Below are positions 51,474 to 64,000 of a DNA stretch of 64,000 nucleotides, one piece after another. The first letter of the stretch is position 1; the number at the start of each line of letters is the position of its first letter. This DNA comes from Azolla caroliniana (Eukaryota > Plantae > Polypodiophyta). The translations under genes and the position numbers were made by a program. The notes under the pieces were generated by a model, which did not search any database, was not told where the DNA came from, and saw only the letters and a program-made list of their open reading frames with translations. The DNA lies in the NCBI GenBank assembly GCA_043228905.1, contig JBHGNT010000004.1:21018001-21082000 (forward strand), given 5' to 3'.

Positions 51474-53477
51474 ATGGAGAAGTGGTCGGCTATGGCGAAG
51501 CAGGAGAATGAGAAGAAGAAGAAGAAGAAGAAGACGAAGATTGTGGTGAGCTCCAGTAGTGATCATCATCAGAGTTTATGGGACGGGGTGATGAGCATCC
51601 TGTCCAGATGGCGTGGCCCGGCAGCTGCAGAGGACGTGAAACCCAATTATGGCATGGCGGATGATGGTCATGGTAATGGTCATTGTAATGGTCATGGTCA
51701 TGGTAATGGTAATGGTAATGGTAATAGTCATGGTCATGGTAATGGTAATAGTCATGGTCATGGTCATGGTAATAGTCATGGTAATAGTCATGGTCATGGT
51801 CATGATAATGGTAATGGTCATGGTCATGGTACTGTCAAGAGCGGGAGCCGCCATTGCGCCGCCTCTGCCGCCGCCAATGGCCCCCCCCACATGAGCAGTG
51901 ATGTGACCAAGGCCGCCGCCTGGCAATGGCTCCATGGCCGCCGCCATTCTAGCCCTTCCCCCGTCGCTTCAACTCCCCACCATCATCTGAATCATGCTTC
52001 CGCCCACCCTGCACATCTTCATCTCCTCCCGCCTCCGCCGCCGCCTCCGCCTAATGGTATGCTTAATCCCACCAGCCTTAACAACGCCGCCATCGATAAG
52101 GTTACTACTGATGATGATGTGATCAGGCCGCCTTGGACTGTCAAGACTGCCACCAGCACCAGCACAGCCGGCGATTCCCGCTTCAAATCCGAAGCCATGG
52201 ATCGAATGATCAGTAACACATATAAGATGCCACCCCCGAATCTGAATCCTGCCAATCTCAGCAAGATCGGTGGTGCGACGCCTGCTACTACCACTTCCAT
52301 TGATCACGAAATCCCTCCTCGCGATCAGTTGCCATCTCTCTTCGACGATCTGGATCTCTGCAGCCTCAAAGCTCGCATGGTGGAGGCGCATCTCCCTCGC
52401 CCATGCCCGCCGCCGCCTGTACGTCGCGCCGCCTCTCGTGATCCCCTTCGCAAACTGCCTGCTACTCCTTATGGCACATCGACTGACGCCTTCCAAAAGA
52501 TTCTCCGCCATTTCGCCGCCCCATTCAAATCAGGTCAAAGACCAGGTACTGCAGGATCGAATTGTAATCCCCGATCTGCAGGACGAGGAAGACGTGAATT
52601 CTCACAGCACAGCCATGGAGCCAGCTATGCCGAAGATGGCGACGCAGAGATGGAGGAGCAGGATGCGCCTGAACAACAGCATTACCATCACTACATTTAT
52701 CACCATCACCATCATTATCACCATGGCCGACCTGCTAGAGACGAATTCACTGGCTCTGACCTGAACGACGAGGAGCATTATGCAGAGGCAGCATCAGTAC
52801 TGGAGCTTGATTATGATGATTATGGGAGCTCAAGGATGAGCTCGGGCCGTGCGAGTAGTCGAAGCTCAAGCCGCCCTAATAGTCATCGACCCAGGCGGCA
52901 TTCAGGCAGCGACTACGTTCAGATGTCTCGGAGAAGACCGGATCTTTTCTTCCATGGGACTACCTGCGTAGATCAGTACGCCAGTGGCGATCTTGCAGAG
53001 CGTAGCAATTTCCCGCCCGAATCAGAATCTGCGCGATCAGAAATCGCTGCCATGGATCCTCCGAGGTGCAGGGAACGTGGAGGCGGAAGTACTGAGGAGG
53101 TAATTATGGAAGAAAAGGATGATGATTATGATGCGCAGATGAGTAGCAAGCAAGGACGAAGCCGACGCCATTCACATACAGAATACAGAAACGATCGGCG
53201 AAGATCGCTCTCATGGAGAAAGATTGTTGATCATAAGATGATGATGGAGGAGGAGGAGGAGGAGTCGAGACAGAGCGGGCCATCGTCATCGTCGTCGTCG
53301 TCTTCATCCTGCAGGAGGTATAACGTTAGTGGCGATGGTCTGCAGAATGTGGGAAATGCAGGCGATGGTGAAGAAGGAGAAGGAAGAGAAGCTATGGCGA
53401 GACGCCGTGAAGAAGGGCGTCGAAACAGACGGCACTCTGCAGACGGACTGCCACGGCAAAGCGCCGTCAAAACGTGA
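51474..53477 (+). CDS. Probable host gene (or its first exon): 667-aa low-complexity, probably disordered protein of unknown function
   Basis: Long GC-rich ORF in AT-rich flanks with no TE motifs. Contains poly-K, (GH/GN)n, poly-P, poly-H and poly-S tracts. Possible splice donor at AAAAC|GTGACG near the end. Confidence 0.65.
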   Translation: MEKWSAMAKQENEKKKKKKKTKIVVSSSSDHHQSLWDGVMSILSRWRGPAAAEDVKPNYGMADDGHGNGHCNGHGHGNGNGNGNSHGHGNGNSHGHGHGNSHGNSHGHGHDNGNGHGHGTVKSGSRHCAASAAANGPPHMSSDVTKAAAWQWLHGRRHSSPSPVASTPHHHLNHASAHPAHLHLLPPPPPPPPNGMLNPTSLNNAAIDKVTTDDDVIRPPWTVKTATSTSTAGDSRFKSEAMDRMISNTYKMPPPNLNPANLSKIGGATPATTTSIDHEIPPRDQLPSLFDDLDLCSLKARMVEAHLPRPCPPPPVRRAASRDPLRKLPATPYGTSTDAFQKILRHFAAPFKSGQRPGTAGSNCNPRSAGRGRREFSQHSHGASYAEDGDAEMEEQDAPEQQHYHHYIYHHHHHYHHGRPARDEFTGSDLNDEEHYAEAASVLELDYDDYGSSRMSSGRASSRSSSRPNSHRPRRHSGSDYVQMSRRRPDLFFHGTTCVDQYASGDLAERSNFPPESESARSEIAAMDPPRCRERGGGSTEEVIMEEKDDDYDAQMSSKQGRSRRHSHTEYRNDRRRSLSWRKIVDHKMMMEEEEEESRQSGPSSSSSSSSSCRRYNVSGDGLQNVGNAGDGEEGEGREAMARRREEGRRNRRHSADGLPRQSAVKT

Positions 53478-53499
53478 CGCCAATATTATCGTCATTAAC

Positions 53500-53710
53500 T
53501 ATATACATATGTATATTATATATATTATGCTTTCTTCCATTATTATTATCATCGTTATCTTCTTATCATTATTATAATTTATTGATATTACGTTATAATT
53601 ATTATTATTACTATTAGTCTATTACTATTACTATTACTATTACTATTATATGCTATTACCATTATCATTATCATTATTATTACTACCATATTTATTATTA
53701 CCATTACCCA
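53500..53710. repeat. (TAT/TAC/CAT)n low-complexity microsatellite
   Basis: Directly visible. Confidence 0.85.
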
Positions 53711-56700
53711 TCGCAAACTAGCTTTTACAAAGTTATTTAGATTTTTTTTTACTTCACAAAAATCTATTTCCTTTACAACTGTCAACAACCCCCACCCAAC
53801 AACAACTACATGTCCATGTCCAATGTCCCCCCCACCAATGATAGGATGTTCATTGTCCACGCGTAACTCTGTAAATGCGCCCGCCCGACATTGAGGATCA
53901 AAGGATCAGAAGAGTGTGGCTACCGAGAGTGCTCACTCGATCGTTTTCGGTAACTATCCATGTGCATTGATTCATCCGAGTAGAAAATGTAAAAGGAAAA
54001 ATATGGCCTTTTCTTTAGTATGAGGATAGGAAATTATTTTGAGAGACATGAAAGTACGCGTGTAGCTTTTGGAAAGCGTTTCGTAATCATGATGAATGGT
54101 TGCGCAAAGTTTTTATGTGGACAATGAGATTTTGGAGAATGTTTCTTGTCTTGACGCTATCATCCCTTCACATATGAAAGACAGTTCTTTGGGATTAATA
54201 AGATTGAGACCAATTTTCAAAACCCTCTCTCTAAAATAAAAAACCTAAATTTAGTGTGTTTCTGGCCATTTATACTCCAAATGAGACCAAGATTTAAAAA
54301 GGTTGCATAGAGTGGATGCTTTTGAAGCTTGAAATGGTATGAAGAATAGAAGAATTGGATCATTGAGAAGAGTGTAATGTTGATCAATGAATGTAATTTG
54401 AAATATTATATTTCTATGAGATGATATGGGTTTATGGAGGGTTTTTCTCCCTCGTGTATCACACAATCTTCTATAATATATTATGTGGGCTGAGTAACTA
54501 TTTTTATCATGGCAAGCAATGAAAAAAATACATGGATGGCATTTTCTATGACAACATGTGGATTTATTAAAAAGCCTTTTGAATTGTTGGACAATTAACT
54601 AAAAATTGAGGATACTTTTGTTGTAAATGAGGCGGTGGGGATTATGATTAGTTTTGTGGGGAGAAGCGGGAGTTTTGTTGAATATGGTTGAACTTTGATG
54701 TACTTTGTTTGCTAACTAATGTGAAGTAGTGTTTTTTTGGTATAAATAAATAAATAAATTTAGGATAAATTGTCAAAAGCACCCCTCTTTACTTTTCTAC
54801 TTGGTCAAATAACCTAAACTTTTGAGAGATGGTTAGAATACCCCTTCCTCCATAACAACAAAAATGAAACTTTTGGCACCACAATTTCAACATTATTCTA
54901 GCACCTTTCTTGCCTCTTATCACCACCACCATTGATTCTAAAGCACCGTATGAGATTTTTTGAGGTATTTCTAGAGGCATGCTTGCCTTTTCTTCCCTCG
55001 ACAAACATACATTGTCTTTCCTCAAAAATTATGGCATGTTCAATACTTCTTCGGATTCATCAAGGCTTAATCTAATAGAATAGGTTAGCTCTAAACTCAA
55101 TCTCATCAATGTTGTTATTGATATAGAAAAATACTTTTTCACTTCTTAAATCGGTGATGGAATTGGCAAGAGAAATCTAATTTGATTCGTTATTTGTGGC
55201 GGTTCCGATATGTGAAATTAGTGCAATTCGATAGAACATTTGTCATGGAGTCTAATAAATAATTGGGTTATAAATGAACTTCTTTAACTTTTTTGGCAAG
55301 GAAATATATAGAGAAGTTTAGGGAACACAAATTCTATAATTTGACTAATTTAATCAATTATTTTCGTAAAGAAGCAAGTGTCACTAGTTTGTACACAATG
55401 GATTGTAATACCAATGAGATGATCATGAACATAATCTATGGAGATCATAAAAAGGGATAGATGAAATTACCTGAATTTTGTTACAATTTGAAGGACAACA
55501 ATCTACAGAGTGGAATTGTTATTGACGATTTTCAAGGTAAATTTTATAGATAATTTATTGCATATAGGGTTTGTTTTAGTGGATTTTAGAGTTTGCAAAA
55601 AAATTGTGAGATTAGGTGTGACTTCTTTTTTTACCTATAAGCATCGTGAGCATTTTCTCGCTCTTAGTGTTATGCTACAATCTACACAAGGTTTATTTCC
55701 TATTATTACCTTTGTTGTCATCTATAGTGAGAATGCATAGACCTAGACATGGTATTTGCAACATTCTACACAACTGTTTACAAGTGAATACATGCCTTTT
55801 CCCTCTAGGCAAGATTGAAGAAAAATGCGACAACAATGAGTTCTTACATTAATTTTTGGAGCCAATTGGTGCAAAGACAATTATTGAATACAAGGACTAT
55901 GTTGTATTCATGACAACAATAAATCATGCAACACTCGGTTTGCAATTGGAAGCCACAATACCAAGTAACTAGGCTACCATATACTTTCATGACAAACACT
56001 TTGGGCAATTGACTTCGAACATAGCAAAGTTTTGTGATTTGTCCATATTGCATGCATGAGAAAAACCCGTCAATATTGTAATCATTGTTAAAAATCACAC
56101 ATGCTTTTGATGACAAAATTCTACAGAATGGGTAATGGATCTTAGGGCTACATAGGAAAAAATGAGGCAAAAAGGCATTGAAGAAGAGAAGCACACCAAT
56201 CCAATAAACAACCAAGTTCGAAATTGTCATTCCAATAAGATTGACATGTTTTGTAAATACACACCACTTGGAATCATAGGTTGCAAGCCAAATCATAACA
56301 TTAAACTCAAGTAACATTTTTGTTTTGTTTTAATAATATATGTATTGTTAGCCATGACTCATGTTTTGAAAGATCTTGATCTCTCTCACATCCTTCATAC
56401 CAACTTGGTGACCCCTCCAAACTCTATATCGAAGACACCATTAACTTATGAACTATTGGAACAACAAATTGTAGGGACTCAATTAGTCATTGATTAGAAA
56501 ACATTTGTCAACATATGTCAGGGTTAATTTGAGAACCAAAATATTTGTCTTTAAAAATTGTATTTGAGAGTTACTATTCATCTCAATCTCTCCCATTTGT
56601 TCTCATCTAGTTTTTTTGGCTTCCTTTATGTTGTTCAATTGTCCCTCCAACATAATTGTCTTTAGCTTTGCAATATTCAAAAGTGTAAAAAACTATTGGA

Positions 56701-56946
56701 TGATAAACTATGGGGCCTCAAGAGTAATTGTGGGTCAGAAAATGTTTGGTAGCATGTTTTAGACCTTTTTTGGGCATCAAATGATATATGGCCTATACAG
56801 ATCGTACTTGTAATTATCATAAATTACAAGGTGTGACCTTTGATATATAAACATTGAAGGGGAAATGGCATAAATGTGCCCATATGTATGAGAATTAAAA
56901 AAACACACTTGCTTGTTTTCAAATTTAGAGATATATTTTTGGTAAT

Positions 56947-59900
56947 TGTTGAGATATCAAGCTCAACTAAGTTTAGCCGTTAAGTCAACCACGTAACTTA
57001 GTAGTTACATAAATAGAATCTATTTTGAATGTTGACTATTAATTATTTTGTTCCTAGTATTTAACTGGGAAATCTCTAGATTCCCCACTATCGAGTTCAT
57101 TTAATGTCTATCTTACACCCTTGTACTTATATTCTCCTCACAGGTGCACCTTTGCACATGAGATGTATATATACCTTAGTGTGGGTATTTTTGTAACTTG
57201 ATGATGTCTTTTAATATAAGTAAGAGTTTCTTGTGCTACATGTTAATCATCCTCCACTCAAGTGTGACTTCCTCTCCACATAATTAGATACTAATTAACC
57301 CTTAGTTAATCATCTAATTATTAACATGATATCAAAGCAGGTGTTTTAGCAGATCCACTAAGCCCACCCGATTCATAGTGATTGTGTGTTCGACATACCA
57401 ACGACAAATCCGACTATCCGTTACTGTAGTGCCACTATGTTGCACGAGTATGAAACTAAGGGAAGAAAAGCCAAAAGGAAGACACTACACCAACATGAAT
57501 GCACAAATGAGCAGTTTGCTCCCTAACGAAAAGCTAGATCGGAGTAATTTCTCATATTGGGAGTACAAGATGAACCAATACCTAGTCGATCAAGGGTATT
57601 GGAGCTATATCGACAGTGGGCGCAAAAACAAACCCGACATCACAAACGCCAACTACCCAACATGGGAGCAAGGGGCAACTTGGGTGATGTACTGTTTGGC
57701 AACATGCGTCCACAATCACATGCTCTCTCACATTCATGATGTGAAGACGCCTAAAGAAGCGTGGCAGAAATTTGAGACGAATCTTCGTTGCAAACACGAC
57801 CCCCGACAAGCTTCAACTTCGACAAGAGTTGAACAACATCCAACAAAAAGACATGATTGTGTCAAACTACACGAACAAAATCAAGAATATATGTGACTCA
57901 CTCAACTCCATCAACATAAACATCGAAGAGGATGAGATCGTGCAAGTGTGCTTGGGAGGCCTCACACAATGGTTCGACCCAATAAGGACGACAATCTTAG
58001 TGAGGGGGAACCCTCCCTCATTATTCGACCTTCAATCCATGTTATTGGTCAAAGAGAACCATGTGAGAACAAAGAGCAAGACATCGGAAGGGCAAATGTT
58101 CTTTTCGAATTCAGAAGGTGGTTGAGGCGAAAGAGCTCGGTTCGAGCAAGGCAGAGGACGACGAGTCAACTAGCATGATGAAAATAACTCGACCTTTCAG
58201 CAAGAAAATGGAAATACTCGAGGAACCTTCGAAAGAAGGGGGAGTTTTCATGCCGAATATAGTCAGCAAATCAGGCCCGTTACTTGCAATTATTGTGGTA
58301 AGAACGACCACCGCAAAGAGGAGTGTAGGAAAAAGAGAAGCAATTCAGCTTCCACAAGTTAGGAAATCATCAATTACGCCGCTAACTTTGAATTCGAAGA
58401 CTACGGAGGCATGTTCATCATGAGGCATAAGGAGAACACTATGTCAACATACGATTCAGCCAGCGCATCTCCATCAAAAGAAGCATGGTTCAGTGACTTG
58501 CGCACACCCGATCGACCCGGCTATGTGGAAACGGGAGATGACACCACACACACCATTCGGCATATCGGCAACATCCCTCTTGGCAAGGGCAACAACAACT
58601 ACATTAAGAATGTCTTACACGTTCCCACGATAACAAAGAATTTGGTCTCGATCGGCCAAATTGTGGAGCAAGGCATGCAAGTCCGCTTCAACAACGGGGT
58701 TGTTTCATAGAAAAGAATGGCCAACTCATAACAAGAGGACGGAGGGAAGACCGAATGTTTATTCTTGATTCCAACGAGGTAAAATTGGCCATGTATGCCG
58801 AAGGTCTCAAAACCGAGACGAACATCGAGTTGTCGCACAAGAGAATCGGCCACATCAATGTTGTGGCACACGAGGTTTATGTTGGAAGAAGTCGATCTTG
58901 TCGCATCTACGAGTATTCGAAAATATAGCATACGTCCACATCCCGACCGAGAAACAATAGAAACTCAAGCTGAGGTCCGAAAAGTGCATTTTCGTGGGAT
59001 ATTCGTTCAAACAAAAAGGATAAAAGTGCTTCAACCCTTCTATCCAATCGGTTCGGGTAAGTCGAGATGTTATTTTCGACGAATCGACATCTTGGTATAA
59101 GCTTGATTTGGCTCCATCCGAACCGACCAAGGAAGAGTTAGGTGTCAACTCAGATGACGACATGCAACCGCTACCTGTACCATGGGAAAGTCCAAGCTCA
59201 ACCATGATGAGCGAACCACAAGAGCCTCCAAGCACCGAAAGCATACCTCGACCAGGGGCCGGCTTGGACAAAGGCAAAGGCAAGATGCACGAATATGAAG
59301 TCGATCAACTCGACGAAAGTGATTCAGATGTGTTGGCTCACTCTTTGGATTGTGAGTTAGGAGTGCCCATTATGCGGACCATTGGTATAAAGAAGGCAAT
59401 GGCATCTACAAACGAAAAACTCAGACGCTCTTCCCGTGAGAAGAATCCGCTTACTCGATTCGGCTACAATGAGTATATGGCACATCACTATGCCTTCATG
59501 AAGAAGGTAGCAACCAAATGAGAGCCGGAAAGTCAGAAGTTGTTTGTTACCCTCGATGGATTGAAGCCATGGATGAAGAAATGCAAGCACTAGTCAACAA
59601 TGACACATGGGATCTTGTGGCACCAACACCGCATAAGAAGGCGATCGATTGTCGATGGATTTTCAAGATCAAACACAATGCCGATGACTCCAGCAACTGA
59701 TACAAAGCCCAACTTGTCGCTAAGGGGTATGCTCAAACCCATGGCATCGATGATGAAGAAACCTTTGCCCTAGTGGCAACGATGACTATTCGGCTAGAAG
59801 GCTACACTGATGCCTACTAGGTCAACAATGTATTTGATCGACATTCGACATCCGGATTCATCTTCTCACTAGGAAGTGGGGTGATTTCGTGGAGTAGCAA

Positions 59901-61286
59901 AAAGCAACCAACCGGAAGCGGAATATAGGGGCGCAACCATAGTCACTTGCGAAGCAATTTGGTTGAAGCGGCTATTAAAGGACTTCAATGAAACGGTCGA
60001 CAAGCCGATACATATCTACTGCGACAATCAAAGCAGTATACAACTAGCCCAAAACCCGGTCTTCCATGCCCGAAAGAAACACATCGAGGTCCATTATCGC
60101 TATGTTCGGGAGTGCATCGTCGTGGGAGGCATCGACCTCTGACACGTCGATATTGATCAACAAACGACTGATATCTTTACCAAGGCCTTAGGAGCGGACA
60201 AGCTCCACCAGTTCTCGATGACACTCGGCCTTCGGTAGATTAACACACCAAGCCTTCATCAAATGCTTGAGGGGGAGAATACCGATAGCCTAAAACTGTC
60301 AACTTGACATAAGTCGGAACCAAGAAACCGACACGCGGAAAACAAAATCGGATGTCAGACTCCTCATACTCGAGCTTGAGGGGGCATGTTGAGATATCAA
60401 GCTCAACTAAGTTTAGTCGTTTAGTCAACCATGTAACTTAGTAGTTACATAAATAGAATCTATTTTGAATGTTGACTATAAAGGATTTTGGTCCTAGTAT
60501 TTAAGTGGGAGATCTCTAGATTCCACACTATCAAGTTCATTTAATGTAGGACTTACACCCTTGTACTTATATTCTCCTCACACATGTGTAACAATAGGCA
60601 ATGGTTCAGTTCAATTTAGGTTTAGGTTTTTAAAAACGGTTCGGTTCGGTTTTAACAGCCAGAAACCGAGGTTTAAACAGTTTAACGGTTTTTTATTTTT
60701 TATTTTATATTAATTTTTTTTAAAAATTTGTAAAAATTTTAAAAAATGGTTTTTAAACTATCTTTTCATTTTTAGACCTTATTCTCACATTTTAGGATCT
60801 TAAAAATTTTAAATAATGAGATATTATAAATTTAAAAAAATTAAAAATTAAAAATTAAAATTTTGACCTATGCTGAAAACCGAAACTGAACCACGAAACC
60901 ACGGTTTTTATGGTTTGAAAATTGTTTAACGGTTTCGTGGTTCGGTTTAGGTTTTAAAAATTTTAAACAATTCGGTTCCAAACCGGTTTGGTTTGGACCC
61001 TCTCAAACCAAACCAAACCGTTGCCGATTGTTACACATGTGACATGAGATGTATATATACCTCATTGTGGGTATTCTTGTAACTTGATGATATCTTTTAA
61101 TAATAATAAGTAAGAGTTTTTTGTGCTACACTTGTTAATCATCCTCCATTCAAAGTGTGACTTCATCTCCTTCTCCCTCTCACACACACATATCACATAA
61201 TATTCCGCAACTTAATCACACACATGATTAAATATTCACATAATTAGATACTAATTAACCCTTAGTTAATAATCTAATTATTAACA
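56947..61286 (+). mobile_element. Internally deleted Ty1/copia element
   Basis: LTRs 56947-57326 and 60387-61286; TSD GTAAT/TTAAT; degenerate iMet PBS TGATATCAAAGC; gag knuckle CNYCGKNDH..C; NVLHVP..KNLVS; WIEAMDEEM..NDTWDLV; RNase H YCDNQS..NPVFH. The INT and RT cores are largely deleted. Confidence 0.92.
60589..61033. mobile_element. hAT-type MITE inserted in the copia 3' LTR
   Basis: TIRs TAACAAT(A/C)GGCAA(T/C)GGTT, 8-bp TSD CACATGTG, subterminal AACCG/CGGTT repeats, AT-rich centre. Absent from the 5' LTR. Confidence 0.9.
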
Positions 61287-62033
61287 TTAATTTAAAGCTC
61301 CTAATCATGGAACTAGCAAATTATGAGCAAACATTAGCATGTTACTCGAATTAAGACATGACAACTTTGTAATTGTAACTTCAGTTAGAAGTTACCCATT
61401 GTCTAAATAGAGGCCTAATTTAATGTTACACACATAACTGAAGGGAATAATTCCAAAGGCATTTTAATGTATTTGAGGGTAAGAAAACTACTTATCTTAT
61501 GACTTGAGGACCCATTGGGATTTGGATTACATTGGTGCCTAAATAGCTACCCCTTTTTGATGCAGGCAACATTTCAGAGATGCCATGGTTAACCACCCTT
61601 AATCCATTGTTTCTTTAATCTTCTAATTAATTGCTTATTGTTAGTATCAAATATAAGAATCACTAATTTGGTTTCTTATCTAGCTTATTAGTATCTTATA
61701 TATGTGATTGTATGAACTTCAAAGGTATAATTAAAGGCAATATACGATTGCATTCGGCTCGTGTCATCTACTCTGAAGCCAAAACTGCGATTAATGAAAC
61801 CTAATTTCTAATCAACCCAACATGTATATAATTAATCGCGTGCGTAATGCTAACATTAATAATGTTACCAGGGGCTTTAAAATGCAGCAGCGGCGAGGAT
61901 TAGATCGTTAATCAAAATTTTGACGTTCAGAGATTTTTCCCCTAAAATCAGGCGAGCGAGCGAGCTAGAGGAAATCCATAGGCGAGTGAGCAGCAAGCAG
62001 CGAGCTGTGGGTTTAGGGTTTTTAGAGAAAAGT

Positions 62034-62078
62034 CAGAGACAGAGAGACAGAGACAGAGACAGAGACAGAGACAGAGAC
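62034..62078 (+). repeat. (ACAGAG)n microsatellite immediately before the RIO2 ATG
   Basis: Directly visible. Confidence 0.9.
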
Positions 62079-62079
62079 C

Positions 62080-63062
62080 ATGAAGTTGGATGTCGATGTT
62101 CTGCGCTACCTGTCGAAGGACGAATTCCGGGTCCTTACGGCAGTGGAGATGGGCATGAAAAACGTAGGTCTCCTGCATTTATAAGCTACGTGTAAAAATT
62201 GTTTGATTGATTTTTACCTCGTATCCTGTCCTATCCAACTCGTAGAGACGGGAGGGGGAAGAAAGAGGGGCAGACAATCGGGAAATGGTTGAGATGGCTC
62301 TGCATCAACTGTTTGGAGACCTTGAATTCTTAGTTTGATACACCTATGTAGCATTAGTTTAAGAGAATTGATATGTGGTGTAACAAAGATGTGTGAAAAT
62401 ATGGATTTGAATTCGTGAGCTTGTGTCGATAATCTAATAGCTTACTACTACTAGGAACAGGATCAGTCCATTAAAAAACGATTGAAAATGACTTTCAGAG
62501 AGCAAAGAAGAACTGTATTATCTAACATCAGTAGGCGTAAAATTTAGTTCTTGATATTGTGGTTATGTTGATTTGTTATTTGTTGGCGACGCCTGAATGC
62601 ATTTTCTTTACACTTTCTGTGTAGCATGAAATTGTTCCAGTGGAGCTTGTTGAGCGCATCGCTGGTCTCAAGTATACCATCTTAACAAAGCTTTTCAAAT
62701 TTATGACAAGATATACAATCTGTGTGTGGCTTAAATCTGTTGTTAGCTAATGAGGTGTATCTTGAGGATGTCAACACATTGAAACTTGAATTACAGGCAT
62801 GGAGGGGCTTATAAGAATATCAAGACTTTGTTGAGACACAAGCTAGTTCATCACGACTCATCCAAATGTATAGTCTCTCATCTTCAGTGGAAACTTCAGA
62901 CCATTATTTGTCTAACACTTCTAATGTTTTTATTTTTTTTCCTAAAAGACGATGGTTATAGGTTGACAAACCTAGGTTATGACTTCCTCGCCATAAAGAC
63001 TATGACCAACAGAGGCCTTATTGCTGGTGTTGGGAGGCAGATTGGTGTTGGAAAGGAATCTG
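62080..63062 (+). CDS. RIO2: RIO2 atypical Ser/Thr kinase, exons 1-4 (62080-62163, 62625-62671, 62797-62867, 62949-63062); the gene is incomplete here and no further exon was recognised
   Basis: Spliced with GT-AG introns it reads MKLDVDVLRYLSKDEFRVLTAVEMGMKN|HEIVPVELVERIAGLK|HGGAYKNIKTLLRHKLVHHDSSKY|DGYRLTNLGYDFLAIKTMTNRGLIAGVGRQIGVGKES, the Rio2 winged-helix and P-loop. Confidence 0.95.
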
Positions 63063-64000
63063 GTATGTTAACTGTATTATTGTAACCTTTCATTTGAATT
63101 GTGTATGCTAAGCATGTGGTATTACACATGTGTACTGTTATCCCTTATATAAAATTCATATACATGTGTATGATTGTATGACCTACTTCCTTTAATAAGG
63201 ATAGAATTAAAGACATGGGAATTTTGCAGTGGTCTACTATCAGTTCGGTCATAGATAAAAGATTTGGCAACAAGCCCAAAATTAAGTTATTTTATTTGAC
63301 AGGATCTCTGCAATGCTTCAATATAGGTCTCCATCTTATGGAACTGATAGATGGTGAAGCAGAAAACATGGCTTTTGCGTATTAAGTAAATGGATAATAA
63401 AGGATACACAAATATTCTAAAACTGGAGGAAATGTGAGCTTACTTATTCATAGTACCCATAAGAATCTAAATGGTAATAGATATGGTTAAAGGGAATTCC
63501 AGGCCTATGCCTCAGTTGGAACTCTTCAAAAGAGGCAATTTGTAGAAGAGGCACCACAGTTTATTGAAAGAGGTTTGATGAAAGAGGTATTTTTATCCAT
63601 TCACAAGAGAGAATGTATTATGAATGCAAATTACAGCAAGATTTTAAGTTTGCAACCATGGAAACGTGAGATGAGTTACACGAAAACAAGTTGCTGGAAG
63701 GATGCTGAAGCATAGTCTTTATACATTTCAAAGGAGTTTCTGCAACCCTAGAGATGAGAGACAACCATTATGCAGTGTTGGATATGCAGAATGATAATGA
63801 ATGAGAGAAAATTTCGTATAAATAATGCTTTCAAACAAATATGATCTTATATATATAATGCTACTATATAGTATTGGTAATGTCTTGTTTTATTATTTGA
63901 TATCTTTTCATCTAGATTATGAATAATCAAGAAGGTAGTTTTAAATTAATTAACCTGCCTCGTGTTTCCAAAACTTTTATTATGTTCGAACTATCAATGT

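Noticed and set aside
54000-56900. Possible decayed DNA-transposon or gene remnants in the AT-rich intergenic region (e.g. ORF 55844-56317)
   Set aside because: No TIR, TSD or convincing protein motif could be identified by eye.

Overview
Eukaryotic land-plant DNA. A bryophyte/moss is likely, but that is inferred from the retroelement lineages. Positions 1 to ~50 kb are a heterochromatin-like stack of nested LTR retrotransposons, which I resolved by LTR pairs, primer binding sites (PBS), polypurine tracts (PPT) and target-site duplications (TSD). (i) A non-chromovirus Ty3/gypsy lineage (Phygy-like) primed by tRNA-Trp: elements A, B, C, D, E and H plus three solo LTRs. A and H lack pol and encode Gag fused to a long repeat-rich tail. 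(ii) Three chromoviruses (X, F, G), Tcn1/Tf1-like, with chromodomain integrases. (iii) Ty1/copia relics. Nesting reaches four levels (D>F>G>H). From ~51 kb the region is gene-bearing: a 667-codon low-complexity ORF, an internally deleted copia with a hAT MITE in its 3' LTR, and the first four exons of RIO2 kinase. Most notable signals: (1) five unrelated LTR families from both gypsy lineages carry a tRNA-like Pol III A-box/B-box cassette antisense in U3, usually followed by an RY or heat-shock-element array and a TATA box; (2) the tRNA-Trp lineage makes 4-bp TSDs centred on CpG; (3) 11-nt Tf1-type self-priming in two chromoviruses; (4) a co-varying U5-leader stem and a conserved pre-PPT hairpin shared by autonomous-type and Gag-only elements. 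Coordinates were counted by eye and may be off by a few bases.
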